From a virus, in the IMG/VR virus record IMGVR_UViG_3300044970_002959, positions 14,717 through 78,716 of that record: a stretch of DNA of 64,000 bases. One strand, written 5' to 3'. The notes under the pieces are model-generated. The model was given only the letters and a program-made list of their open reading frames with translations. It was not told the DNA's origin and did no database searches. A program made the position numbers and the translations under genes. This document shows positions 56,533-64,000 of this stretch, piece by piece; the stretch's first letter is position 1, and every line of letters starts with the position of its first letter.

Positions 56533-57032
56533 TATTTTGATCCTTCGTAACAAGCCCACGCTAAAGCCATGAAAGCTTCTGCTGATCTTTTTCTAAGCTC
56601 CGCATTTAATACAATATTATCCTGGCCTATAGCAGTTACCACAACCCCATTTGTGGCTTGGGCTAGGTCTGGATAGTCCCCTTTTATATTCATCCTTAGC
56701 ATAGTGCCAGATAAAGAATTAGCTCCTCTAATTTCATCTGTAGTTTTTACAACAGTATTATCGCCCTCCAACTCTATTAGTGTTGCTAAATCAACATAAA
56801 GATCGCCCAGTCTTTTGGCATCTTTTGTTCTGGAAGAACTGCCATTCTTGAACGCCTTAACAACATCAAGACATTTCTCTTTCAGTTCTGGATCCGAAGG
56901 CTCCGCAACGCTCACCCTACTGTCTACAACTCTTGCTGGATTGAGCACATTCCCTAAAAAAGACAAGTCTAGTTTTGAATATCCAATTAAAACGAGCAGA
57001 GCAGCTATGGCTAGTAATATTTTTTTACTCAT
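56532..57032 (-). CDS. N-terminally anchored/exported helical protein
   Basis: MSKKILLAIAALLVLIG. Confidence 0.65.
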   Translation of the reverse strand: MSKKILLAIAALLVLIGYSKLDLSFLGNVLNPARVVDSRVSVAEPSDPELKEKCLDVVKAFKNGSSSRTKDAKRLGDLYVDLATLIELEGDNTVVKTTDEIRGANSLSGTMLRMNIKGDYPDLAQATNGVVVTAIGQDNIVLNAELRKRSAEAFMALAWACYEGSK

Positions 57033-57438
57033 TTGAATTAACCTTTTTTCCTTGACAAACGTTTGGACTTAAAAAAGGAAACATTTCGTCAGCAACGCGA
57101 ACAGCCTCTTCGCACTTGCTCTGAACCGCTAGGTCGCGGGTTTGTTTCCATGATACTATTAGCCTAAAGAAAATATCCTCCGTACTTGCAGCCGAATCGT
57201 TTGATTTAGCAGGAACAGGAACGACTGTGGTTGCAACCGGCAAAGAAGATATCACACTACTTTTATTTGTGGATAAAAGAGCTTTTGCTTTATTGGTCAC
57301 ATCGAGAATAATTTTTTGCACTGGACTAAGCTTATCTTTAAAGATTACCCATAGCGCTAGTCCAACACCAGCATATAATGCTAGGTCTCTGGGGCCAACT
57401 CTACTACTAAATTGATCAAAGGTTTCGGTAAAATTCAT
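57025..57438 (-). CDS. Single-TM membrane protein
   Basis: LALYAGVGLALWVIF. Confidence 0.65.
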   Translation of the reverse strand: MNFTETFDQFSSRVGPRDLALYAGVGLALWVIFKDKLSPVQKIILDVTNKAKALLSTNKSSVISSLPVATTVVPVPAKSNDSAASTEDIFFRLIVSWKQTRDLAVQSKCEEAVRVADEMFPFLSPNVCQGKKVNSNE

Positions 57439-57448
57439 TTTGGTCCTC

Positions 57449-57871
57449 TTATTTTTCTGAAACTTTAGGAACTATGTCTTGGTTTGGGTCTAGATTGTTG
57501 GGATCCGTAAAAACGCCGGTTTGTCTAAAAGTTGTGACCATAGCATCTATTGTGGAACCAACAAGGATCATCAAGAACGTCTTGACATACCTATGTATTA
57601 TAGGCTCGACGATAGTTGGAACAAAAGGAATGTCTACGACTATAAAAACACTATCATAAAACTTTGATAGTAATTCCATAGCTACGGCTTTTTTATCTTT
57701 ACCAGCTAATCCTATAGCTGTAGTTTCAATAACTTGAATAGTTCTAGCAACAGCTAGTTGTAGTATTTTCCATGCTTGAGCAACTGCTACTCTTTTAACT
57801 TCTTTTAGTGCTGTTTGGCTTTCTCTTACCAGATTTTCTAGTTCTGGTTTTAGAAGATCTATTAGGCTCAT
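57449..57871 (-). CDS. Hypothetical amphipathic protein
   Basis: GKDKKAVA..DIPFVPTIVE..; start adjusted to MSLID. Confidence 0.55.
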   Translation of the reverse strand: MSLIDLLKPELENLVRESQTALKEVKRVAVAQAWKILQLAVARTIQVIETTAIGLAGKDKKAVAMELLSKFYDSVFIVVDIPFVPTIVEPIIHRYVKTFLMILVGSTIDAMVTTFRQTGVFTDPNNLDPNQDIVPKVSEK

Positions 57872-58154
57872 GTTTGATATCTCCATTATTAATATTTTCT
57901 ATAACCAATTCTTCTTTATTCGGGGTGCTCCACCAAGCTTGTTTTATCTCTTTACGACTATTAATATACTTATATAAGACTAGTAGCTGGCCACCAATTA
58001 AAATGCACGACTCAACAGCATGACTGACATTCGATATTAGTTCATCTTTTTGTGCCACATCTCCTATTAGACCAAGCAGATATAGTCCACTAAAAACAAA
58101 ACTAACAAGAGTAAACCAGAATTCACTAGTTTTATAACCGGGTTTGATCATCAT
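57795..58154 (-). CDS. Holin-like two-TM protein
   Basis: KPGYKTSEFW followed by two TM helices, Y..SR..K, highly basic C-terminal tail; Met-Met start. Confidence 0.6.
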   Translation of the reverse strand: MMIKPGYKTSEFWFTLVSFVFSGLYLLGLIGDVAQKDELISNVSHAVESCILIGGQLLVLYKYINSRKEIKQAWWSTPNKEELVIENINNGDIKHEPNRSSKTRTRKSGKRKPNSTKRS

Positions 58155-58169
58155 TGGCGTTCTCTCTCT

Positions 58170-58185
58170 TATAGTTAAATACACC
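58170..58185 (-). promoter_or_regulatory. GGTGTA-type putative phage promoter motif upstream of the holin-like cluster
   Basis: GGTGTATTTAACTATA, 15 nt upstream of the ATG. Confidence 0.5.
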
Positions 58186-58220
58186 AAATCAAAATTGGAC
58201 AAAAAAATTGATTTTGAGTA

Positions 58221-58397
58221 TTAGAGAATCGAGATATCAATACAACCAAGACTAGCTAGATATTCTACCACTTCTTGGTCTGTTAGCGTATTTAGTTTTT
58301 CGGTATAGGATAGTACTGTAGTGATGTCTATATCTAGGCCGCGAGGCACAGAAAACGAGACACTGAACTTTTCTAGTGTGATTGTAAAATCTTCCAT
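58221..58397 (-). CDS. Small 58-aa acidic protein (not in ORF track)
   Basis: MEDFTITLEKFSVSFSVPRGLDID...GCIDISIL*; AGGAG RBS in the end of the upstream gene. Confidence 0.65.
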   Translation of the reverse strand: MEDFTITLEKFSVSFSVPRGLDIDITTVLSYTEKLNTLTDQEVVEYLASLGCIDISIL

Positions 58398-58398
58398 T

Positions 58399-61300
58399 TT
58401 ATATGTTCTCCTGTGTGTTATTGTCTAATGGTGGTAATTTCAACCCTTCTTCCGGAGTAGGCGTTGTTCTTTGTGGACCGATTAGTGTGGGCTTTGGCAT
58501 ATTTTCTTTATGTTTGCAGTGCTCCAAGCATCCGCAACCAAATTTCACTCTGGGTTGTGCATTCTCGGGCTCGGTAGTCAAAGAAGTAAATAATGTTGTT
58601 GTTGCGTCCTGAATAGTGGGATTCCCATCTCCATTAGGTTTGATAATATCAAGATACCCAAAATCTTTTAAGGCTCCTAGGGTGATGGGAGAAACTACAT
58701 AATTTACAGTTGTGTCAAAATAGCCTACCATAATATCGTTTACTATACCTCTATAAGTGGTTAGTTCTCCTGTTAGTGTTCGTCCTTCGTTCGTAAAGCC
58801 GTCTTCCCAGTGACCACCAAAAGTTCCTGGACCTCCAGATTTTTCCAAAGGAACAGCCCCTCTAGAATTAACATCTCCATATGCAGCTCTAGAATATGCT
58901 TCTGTAGCATTCACATACCCTGGATATCTTTGTAAAGTATCATTTGAGATATCACAACTATTTTGAGTACTAATTTTATGCTCTTTAAATAGAAGTGCTT
59001 CTCTAGGATCAGTAACATATATTGACCATATATTCTCTAGAGTAAGACCCCATAATGTCCCTATACCTAGGGCATGTCCAAGCTCATGGACCATAACATT
59101 TATCCATTGAGCGGCGGTATATCTTGAATAGTATGCCATGTTTACATATAGGTCAAATGATGTTGGTGCGGCCATGAAGTTTATAGGATCGCAGTCATCG
59201 CATCCAGTAGCATTTTTGGGACCCAAAAAATACGCTATTCCATCTTTTAGGGTTTCATCATGAATGAAGTCCAAGCTGGCTTTGTTTACTGTCATAACTA
59301 GAATGCCGGGATCGTAATCAATATTTGGTGGAGAGGGGACGGGTACAATACTGGTTACTACACCCTGACTATTGAATCGTTCTTCCATATCACAAGCAAC
59401 GAAAAGAGCAATGGCTCCGGCTTCTTTTGCTTTTTGTATTTGTATGGGCAGGCTTTCGCTAGGATCATATCCAGGAACAACCATAGGAACAACTGCACCA
59501 ATTTGAGGCCCGGGATGTCCAGGACTTGTTATGGGACTTACGGTATTATTTTGTACTAGCTGTCGTATATTATCCCAATGACTAGTTTCTAATCCAGAAG
59601 GTTTTTCCGGACTTAATGTTGGAGATACTGCTGCAAGAGCAATACTATTGCCATCATGTAATCCAGCTATAAATTTCCATGGCGATTGACCCATATTGTA
59701 TGGGGCTCCTAGTTGTCCAGGACCGCCTGGCCCTGGTCCATATTGTGTATAGAAGCCAACCGTAATGCTGTGTCTAGAAGGAGGTATCGGCTTAAAATAT
59801 TCTCTGTAGCATCCTATGCTCAATCCGGTATCGAATGCACAGGCCGCTATAAAGTCGTCTGGATCACTAAAAAATTCCACACTATTGAGTCTTATGCCAT
59901 TAAAATTAGGCTCTAAACTAGTTCTAATTCTTTTGCTCGCTTTATTACTGTATGCTATGTATTGTGACCATTTTGTTGCAGCGGAATTTAACCAGCTTCT
60001 CATATTATTTATTCTTGCTGCTGGATATTCGGGCCAATCGGCAGCGCGTATAACGTTTGTGAAAGTAGTAGTATCAAATAGAGGGTGTAGTGGCGGTGGT
60101 GCTAGCGGTGATGTTGGCGCGGATGTGACCGAGTATTCACCAAGACCGATGACATTTCTAGCCGCTACCCTAAATGTATACGATATGGACGGATCTAGAT
60201 TGCTAGCTACAAAGGTAGTGGTCGTGGATGTGCCAATAGTTTGCGAAGAAAACCCTGACACGGACTGAATTGTATACTGTAATACTGGTTTGCCACCATC
60301 ATAAGAAGGAGCGCTCCAAGATAGGGTAATCTGATTATTTCCAGGTACTGTTGTTAAATTTGTTGGAGCATTTGGGACCGTAGATAAAGTAATAGTGTTA
60401 GATGGATTTCCAGAAGAACTACTTCCTACGGAGTTGATCGCCTTGACATAAAACTCATAAGATCCCTTGGCCGAATGGTTGGGGTCCGATGGGGGTAGTA
60501 ATAGTGTTGAACCAACAGAATTTCTAAGTGTTACCGTGGCTATTATTGTGCTTTCTGGAGGAACATTTATTGGTGAAATTATTTGAATCAAGTTACTAGC
60601 AATAGTTTGTGTGGCAGCAAGAGGTGGGGCGGAATATTCTATGGAGTATCCAACAATATTAGATCCGCCATCGCTGGCTGGGCTTTTCCATCTTAGTTCA
60701 ACAGATGTTTCTTCTGGGTGTAGGGTCGCTATTACATTGATAGGAGGCGTAGGCGTAGATACTGTAGGAATTACAGGATAAGAATTAATCGAATAATTAC
60801 TGGTGCCCACACTATTAACTGCTGCTACCCTAAATATATGAGATATTCCATTTGTCAATCCAGAAATTAATATGTTTTGTGCCACGGATGATATTCCGTG
60901 TGTTATCCATGTAAGACCACTGTTGGTACTATACTGAATAACATAATGAGTAATAGATGACCCACCATTGCTTGTTGGTGCTGGCCAATCCAAGAATACG
61001 CTTTGATTACTTGGTGATGCGTTTGGCCTGCCCGGTGACGAAGGGACTGTTGGAGCAAATGGTACTACTGTATTGGAGTTACTAGAGTATGGGCCAATAC
61101 CAATAGCATTTTGGGCTGCTACCCTAAAAATATATGCTGTGCCATTAGTTAATCCTGTAACGACCGTAGATGTGGCGGTCCCGACATTATTGTTTGAGGT
61201 TGTCCAAGAAGCTCCGCTGTTGGAGCTATATTGAACAATATAATTTGTTATGGGCGATCTTCCATCTGATGATGGAATTGTCCAAGAAAGTGAGACTTGT

Positions 61301-63006
61301 GTATTTCCTGTGGTGGCATTTGGGTTTCTTGGTGCCGATGGAGGTTCTGGTACTTGTATTGGTGTTATTGGAGCGGAGTTTGTTGAGAACGCTCCCGGTC
61401 CTTGATTATTAATTGCCGCTACTCTAAATATATAGGATGTATTATTTACTAATCCTGTTACTATGGTAGACCTATTCGATGTAACCGCATCGGTAAATGT
61501 GGTCCATGACGACCCACCATTAGAGCTATACTGAATAAGGTAATCACTTATAATACCACCGCCATTAGAACTTGGAACTTTCCAAGACAGAGATACCTGA
61601 GCATCTCCCGCTGTTCCAATTAATTCTCTGGGAGCCGAGGGTGGCAATATTACATAAGTATTATAGTATACCGATGCTTGACCAATAGAGCTGGTTCCAT
61701 ATATGAATTTTTCAGTATCTTTAGCAAAGGCTATGTCTCTTAGAGCGGGAGTCGGGTATTCTGTGTGTTCTGCCTGCCAAGAATTAGTTGTGTTATCATA
61801 ATCATATACTCTAATTCTAGATGGTACTCTAAGTGTTGTTGTATTGTCCTTCAGTCCACCGCCAATCGCAACTGCTATTTTTTCTCCATCTTTGCTCATG
61901 CCAAAAGACGAACCAAGCCTATCAAGATTAACTTCTCCTAGTATTGGACTTCCTTTTTGGACGGGAGTATTATTAATAAATTGATATACCGCAATACTAC
62001 CAGGAATTGGTGGATTTGTTAATAGTTCAGATGCGGATATGGTTCTTACTCTGGTTCTTCCGGGGCTACCAATAGCCAACGTGTTTCCGTCGGCACTTAG
62101 GGAGATTTTTTCACCAAAATTCTGCTTTGGGGTTGTGATACTATTTCTAACATCTCCAGATAAAACCCATACTGATCCATTCCAAACGTATCTTTTTACA
62201 TATTGCCCTCCTGCACAAGCTATCGTATTTCCATCGCTGCTAATGTCTAGACTCCAACCAAAACCATGTCCATTAGCTTCTCCAAATAATGTTGCTCCTT
62301 TTGGTACCCATTTTGAACCATCCCATCTATGAACTCTTACGTATCCTTTTTTAGGAGTATTACTTGTTTGTCCAGATGTTGTTGATGCGTAATTTAGTGG
62401 AGCGCTTGAGATTATGGTATTACCATCACTACTTAGTCTTGTTACTCTTCCAAACCAATCAAAATATAAACTTCCTACTAGATTTATTCCTTTTCTAACC
62501 CATTGATTAGTTGAACTATTCCATGACCATACTCTCACCAGGCCCTGAGAACTATTCCAATCATCAGAACCAACAGCTAATACAGTACCATCATTATTTA
62601 ATGATATTGATGAAACGCCCATATAATTGGTGGCCCCAACAATTTCTTGGCCTAATGATACCCATTGTGGTTGAGCACCCGGCACTGTTGAGCTTACTCT
62701 TCTATATACATTAACTTTACCTTTTCTGGTACTAAATCCGTCTGATCCAATAGCTATAGTATTTCCGTCTCCGCTAATAGCAACAACACCACCATAGTCA
62801 GCGGCGATACTGCCGCTCAGAGTTGAGCCTTCTTGAATCCACTTTAGTTGAGGTATTGTAGGATCTTCTGGTTCTGGGTCGGTAGGATCTGTTGGGTTAG
62901 TAGGATCTATTGGGTCCGTTGGATCTGTTGGGTCGGTTGGATCCGTGGTTGGCGGAGCAACTTGTGAAAAAGAGGATATTAAAGTATTATTATGTTTCTT
63001 AAACAC
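58399..63006 (-). CDS. Multidomain protein: DPT repeats, beta-propeller, ~5 FN3 domains, PA domain, leishmanolysin-like (M8) zinc metalloprotease
   Basis: SxDGNTxAxG blades; VSLSW..P.S.GG..I..Y..YIFRVAA.N FN3 repeats; KAKEAGAIALFV; HELGHALG..GHWE..DIM. Confidence 0.85.
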   Translation of the reverse strand: MFKKHNNTLISSFSQVAPPTTDPTDPTDPTDPIDPTNPTDPTDPEPEDPTIPQLKWIQEGSTLSGSIAADYGGVVAISGDGNTIAIGSDGFSTRKGKVNVYRRVSSTVPGAQPQWVSLGQEIVGATNYMGVSSISLNNDGTVLAVGSDDWNSSQGLVRVWSWNSSTNQWVRKGINLVGSLYFDWFGRVTRLSSDGNTIISSAPLNYASTTSGQTSNTPKKGYVRVHRWDGSKWVPKGATLFGEANGHGFGWSLDISSDGNTIACAGGQYVKRYVWNGSVWVLSGDVRNSITTPKQNFGEKISLSADGNTLAIGSPGRTRVRTISASELLTNPPIPGSIAVYQFINNTPVQKGSPILGEVNLDRLGSSFGMSKDGEKIAVAIGGGLKDNTTTLRVPSRIRVYDYDNTTNSWQAEHTEYPTPALRDIAFAKDTEKFIYGTSSIGQASVYYNTYVILPPSAPRELIGTAGDAQVSLSWKVPSSNGGGIISDYLIQYSSNGGSSWTTFTDAVTSNRSTIVTGLVNNTSYIFRVAAINNQGPGAFSTNSAPITPIQVPEPPSAPRNPNATTGNTQVSLSWTIPSSDGRSPITNYIVQYSSNSGASWTTSNNNVGTATSTVVTGLTNGTAYIFRVAAQNAIGIGPYSSNSNTVVPFAPTVPSSPGRPNASPSNQSVFLDWPAPTSNGGSSITHYVIQYSTNSGLTWITHGISSVAQNILISGLTNGISHIFRVAAVNSVGTSNYSINSYPVIPTVSTPTPPINVIATLHPEETSVELRWKSPASDGGSNIVGYSIEYSAPPLAATQTIASNLIQIISPINVPPESTIIATVTLRNSVGSTLLLPPSDPNHSAKGSYEFYVKAINSVGSSSSGNPSNTITLSTVPNAPTNLTTVPGNNQITLSWSAPSYDGGKPVLQYTIQSVSGFSSQTIGTSTTTTFVASNLDPSISYTFRVAARNVIGLGEYSVTSAPTSPLAPPPLHPLFDTTTFTNVIRAADWPEYPAARINNMRSWLNSAATKWSQYIAYSNKASKRIRTSLEPNFNGIRLNSVEFFSDPDDFIAACAFDTGLSIGCYREYFKPIPPSRHSITVGFYTQYGPGPGGPGQLGAPYNMGQSPWKFIAGLHDGNSIALAAVSPTLSPEKPSGLETSHWDNIRQLVQNNTVSPITSPGHPGPQIGAVVPMVVPGYDPSESLPIQIQKAKEAGAIALFVACDMEERFNSQGVVTSIVPVPSPPNIDYDPGILVMTVNKASLDFIHDETLKDGIAYFLGPKNATGCDDCDPINFMAAPTSFDLYVNMAYYSRYTAAQWINVMVHELGHALGIGTLWGLTLENIWSIYVTDPREALLFKEHKISTQNSCDISNDTLQRYPGYVNATEAYSRAAYGDVNSRGAVPLEKSGGPGTFGGHWEDGFTNEGRTLTGELTTYRGIVNDIMVGYFDTTVNYVVSPITLGALKDFGYLDIIKPNGDGNPTIQDATTTLFTSLTTEPENAQPRVKFGCGCLEHCKHKENMPKPTLIGPQRTTPTPEEGLKLPPLDNNTQENI
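62860..62948 (-). repeat. Degenerate 9-bp repeat encoding a (D/N)PT linker
   Basis: TDPTDPTDPTDPIDPTNPTDPTDPEPEDP. Confidence 0.85.
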
Positions 63007-64000
63007 TGGCTTTGCTCCCTATGTAGTGGCCTTCGATGGTGTTTGGTCCAACGGATCTAAATAAAATTAAGTGAGTACCAGTTAGTCCATTAGCTGATGA
63101 TGGTGGCTGATTGTACCATTCGGTTACAATATTCCAATTAATAGTAGTGTTTGTGGTGAGAGTTAGTTTTAGAATAACATCAGCACTTACACTAGTTGTT
63201 GGCCAACCGGATCCTTTGGTTATGGTTAGTAGTTGGTCTGAGCATGATACAAGCTGCATTTGTTTATCAGAAGCATATGGTACCGCATAAGTTCCTCCCG
63301 ATACGGCGCCAGCATCAAAAACAGTAGTGAGTTCTGCTGCTTTTGTGTTGAGGACGGTTTGGGTAGCATTACTTATTGGCTTATCAAGATCGCTGGTGTT
63401 ATCAACGTTACTTAAACCAACCATGCTCTTGGTGATGCCACTAACAGTACCAGTAAAGGTTGGGCTGTTAATGTTAGCTTTGAGATCAAGAGCGGCTTGC
63501 TGGGCGACACTAACTGGCTTGCTAGCGTCACTGGTGTTATCAACGTTACCTAAGCCAACCATGCTCTTGGTAATACCGCTTACGGTGCCAGTAAAAGTCG
63601 GACTGTTGATGTTCGCTTTAAGATCAAGAGCGGTTTGCTGAGCAGTACTAACTGGCTTGTTAGCGTCGCTAGTATTGTCAACGTTACCAAGACCAACTGT
63701 TGCTTTAGTTATATTATTTATATTAGAAGCAGCTCCGTCAACTAATCCCTTTAAACTCTTGAGAGCTTGTTGAACAGTCGCAGCACCGGCAATACCACTA
63801 TCAATCTGGTTGTGATAGATGTTTCTGCTATCGTGCAATACTTCGAGCGCGTGCTGCACGTTGTAAGAAATTGCCGAGGTGCCAGCCACAGTCAACGTAG
63901 CACTGGCGTTGGTCGCCGTAGCGTTTGCACTGAGCGTTAGGGCCGAGCCGCTGATGGCCGTGATCGTGGTATTGGCCGGAATGCCAGTACCGGTGATCAC
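62999..64000 (-). CDS. Tail fibre-like repeat protein, 5' partial
   Basis: GTGIPANTTITAI and VGLGNVDNTSD.KPVS..ANINSPTFTGTV repeats typical of phage fibres. Confidence 0.75.
   Translation of the reverse strand: MITGTGIPANTTITAISGSALTLSANATATNASATLTVAGTSAISYNVQHALEVLHDSRNIYHNQIDSGIAGAATVQQALKSLKGLVDGAASNINNITKATVGLGNVDNTSDANKPVSTAQQTALDLKANINSPTFTGTVSGITKSMVGLGNVDNTSDASKPVSVAQQAALDLKANINSPTFTGTVSGITKSMVGLSNVDNTSDLDKPISNATQTVLNTKAAELTTVFDAGAVSGGTYAVPYASDKQMQLVSCSDQLLTITKGSGWPTTSVSADVILKLTLTTNTTINWNIVTEWYNQPPSSANGLTGTHLILFRSVGPNTIEGHYIGSKASV
63339..63712 (-). repeat. 138-bp (46-aa) tandem repeat, ~2.7 copies
   Basis: ITK.. units start at 63712, 63574 and 63436. Confidence 0.9.

Noticed and set aside
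62990-63025. Programmed frameshift fusing the fibre gene to the metalloprotease gene
   Set aside because: A GGGAG RBS sits at a normal distance before the overlapping GTG and no canonical slippery heptamer is present; translational coupling is sufficient
1-64000. Stop-codon reassignment as seen in some large phages
   Set aside because: Code 11 gives dense, full-length genes, and TAA, TAG and TGA all end conserved proteins at the expected positions

Overview
This 64 kb window is from a large, AT-rich tailed dsDNA phage (standard genetic code; no rRNA, tRNA, CRISPR array or integrase recognised). It has two convergent blocks meeting at ~28.88 kb. The + strand (1-28871) is a tail module: a 3633-aa tape measure protein, a tail fibre with an S74 chaperone domain, paralogous Cys-rich tail proteins, FGE-sulfatase-fold/Ig-like adhesins and a hub-like protein. 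The - strand (28896-64000) carries a Sak-like annealase, a glycosyltransferase cluster, SSB, and a DnaE-type polymerase split into two genes without an intein, with a DEDDh exonuclease and a small Cys protein between them. It continues with a PD-(D/E)xK nuclease, dNMP kinase, primase, DnaB, RecA, HNH, PhoH, class II RNR, dCMP deaminase, a membrane-protein/holin-like cluster around a papain-family protease, a large FN3/propeller zinc metalloprotease and a repeat fibre. Most notable: (1) the tape measure protein looks like a polyprotein in which a repeated (F/Y)xxGGxV..DTVPxxLTPGEFV module brackets cargo domains (HAD-like, PD-(D/E)xK-like and a ~1100-aa charged region); (2) the four-gene split polymerase; (3) a possible protease-based entry and lysis strategy; (4) a recurring GGTGTA promoter-like motif. 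All family calls are from motif recognition by eye, not database searches. A Planctomycetota-like host is an inference.
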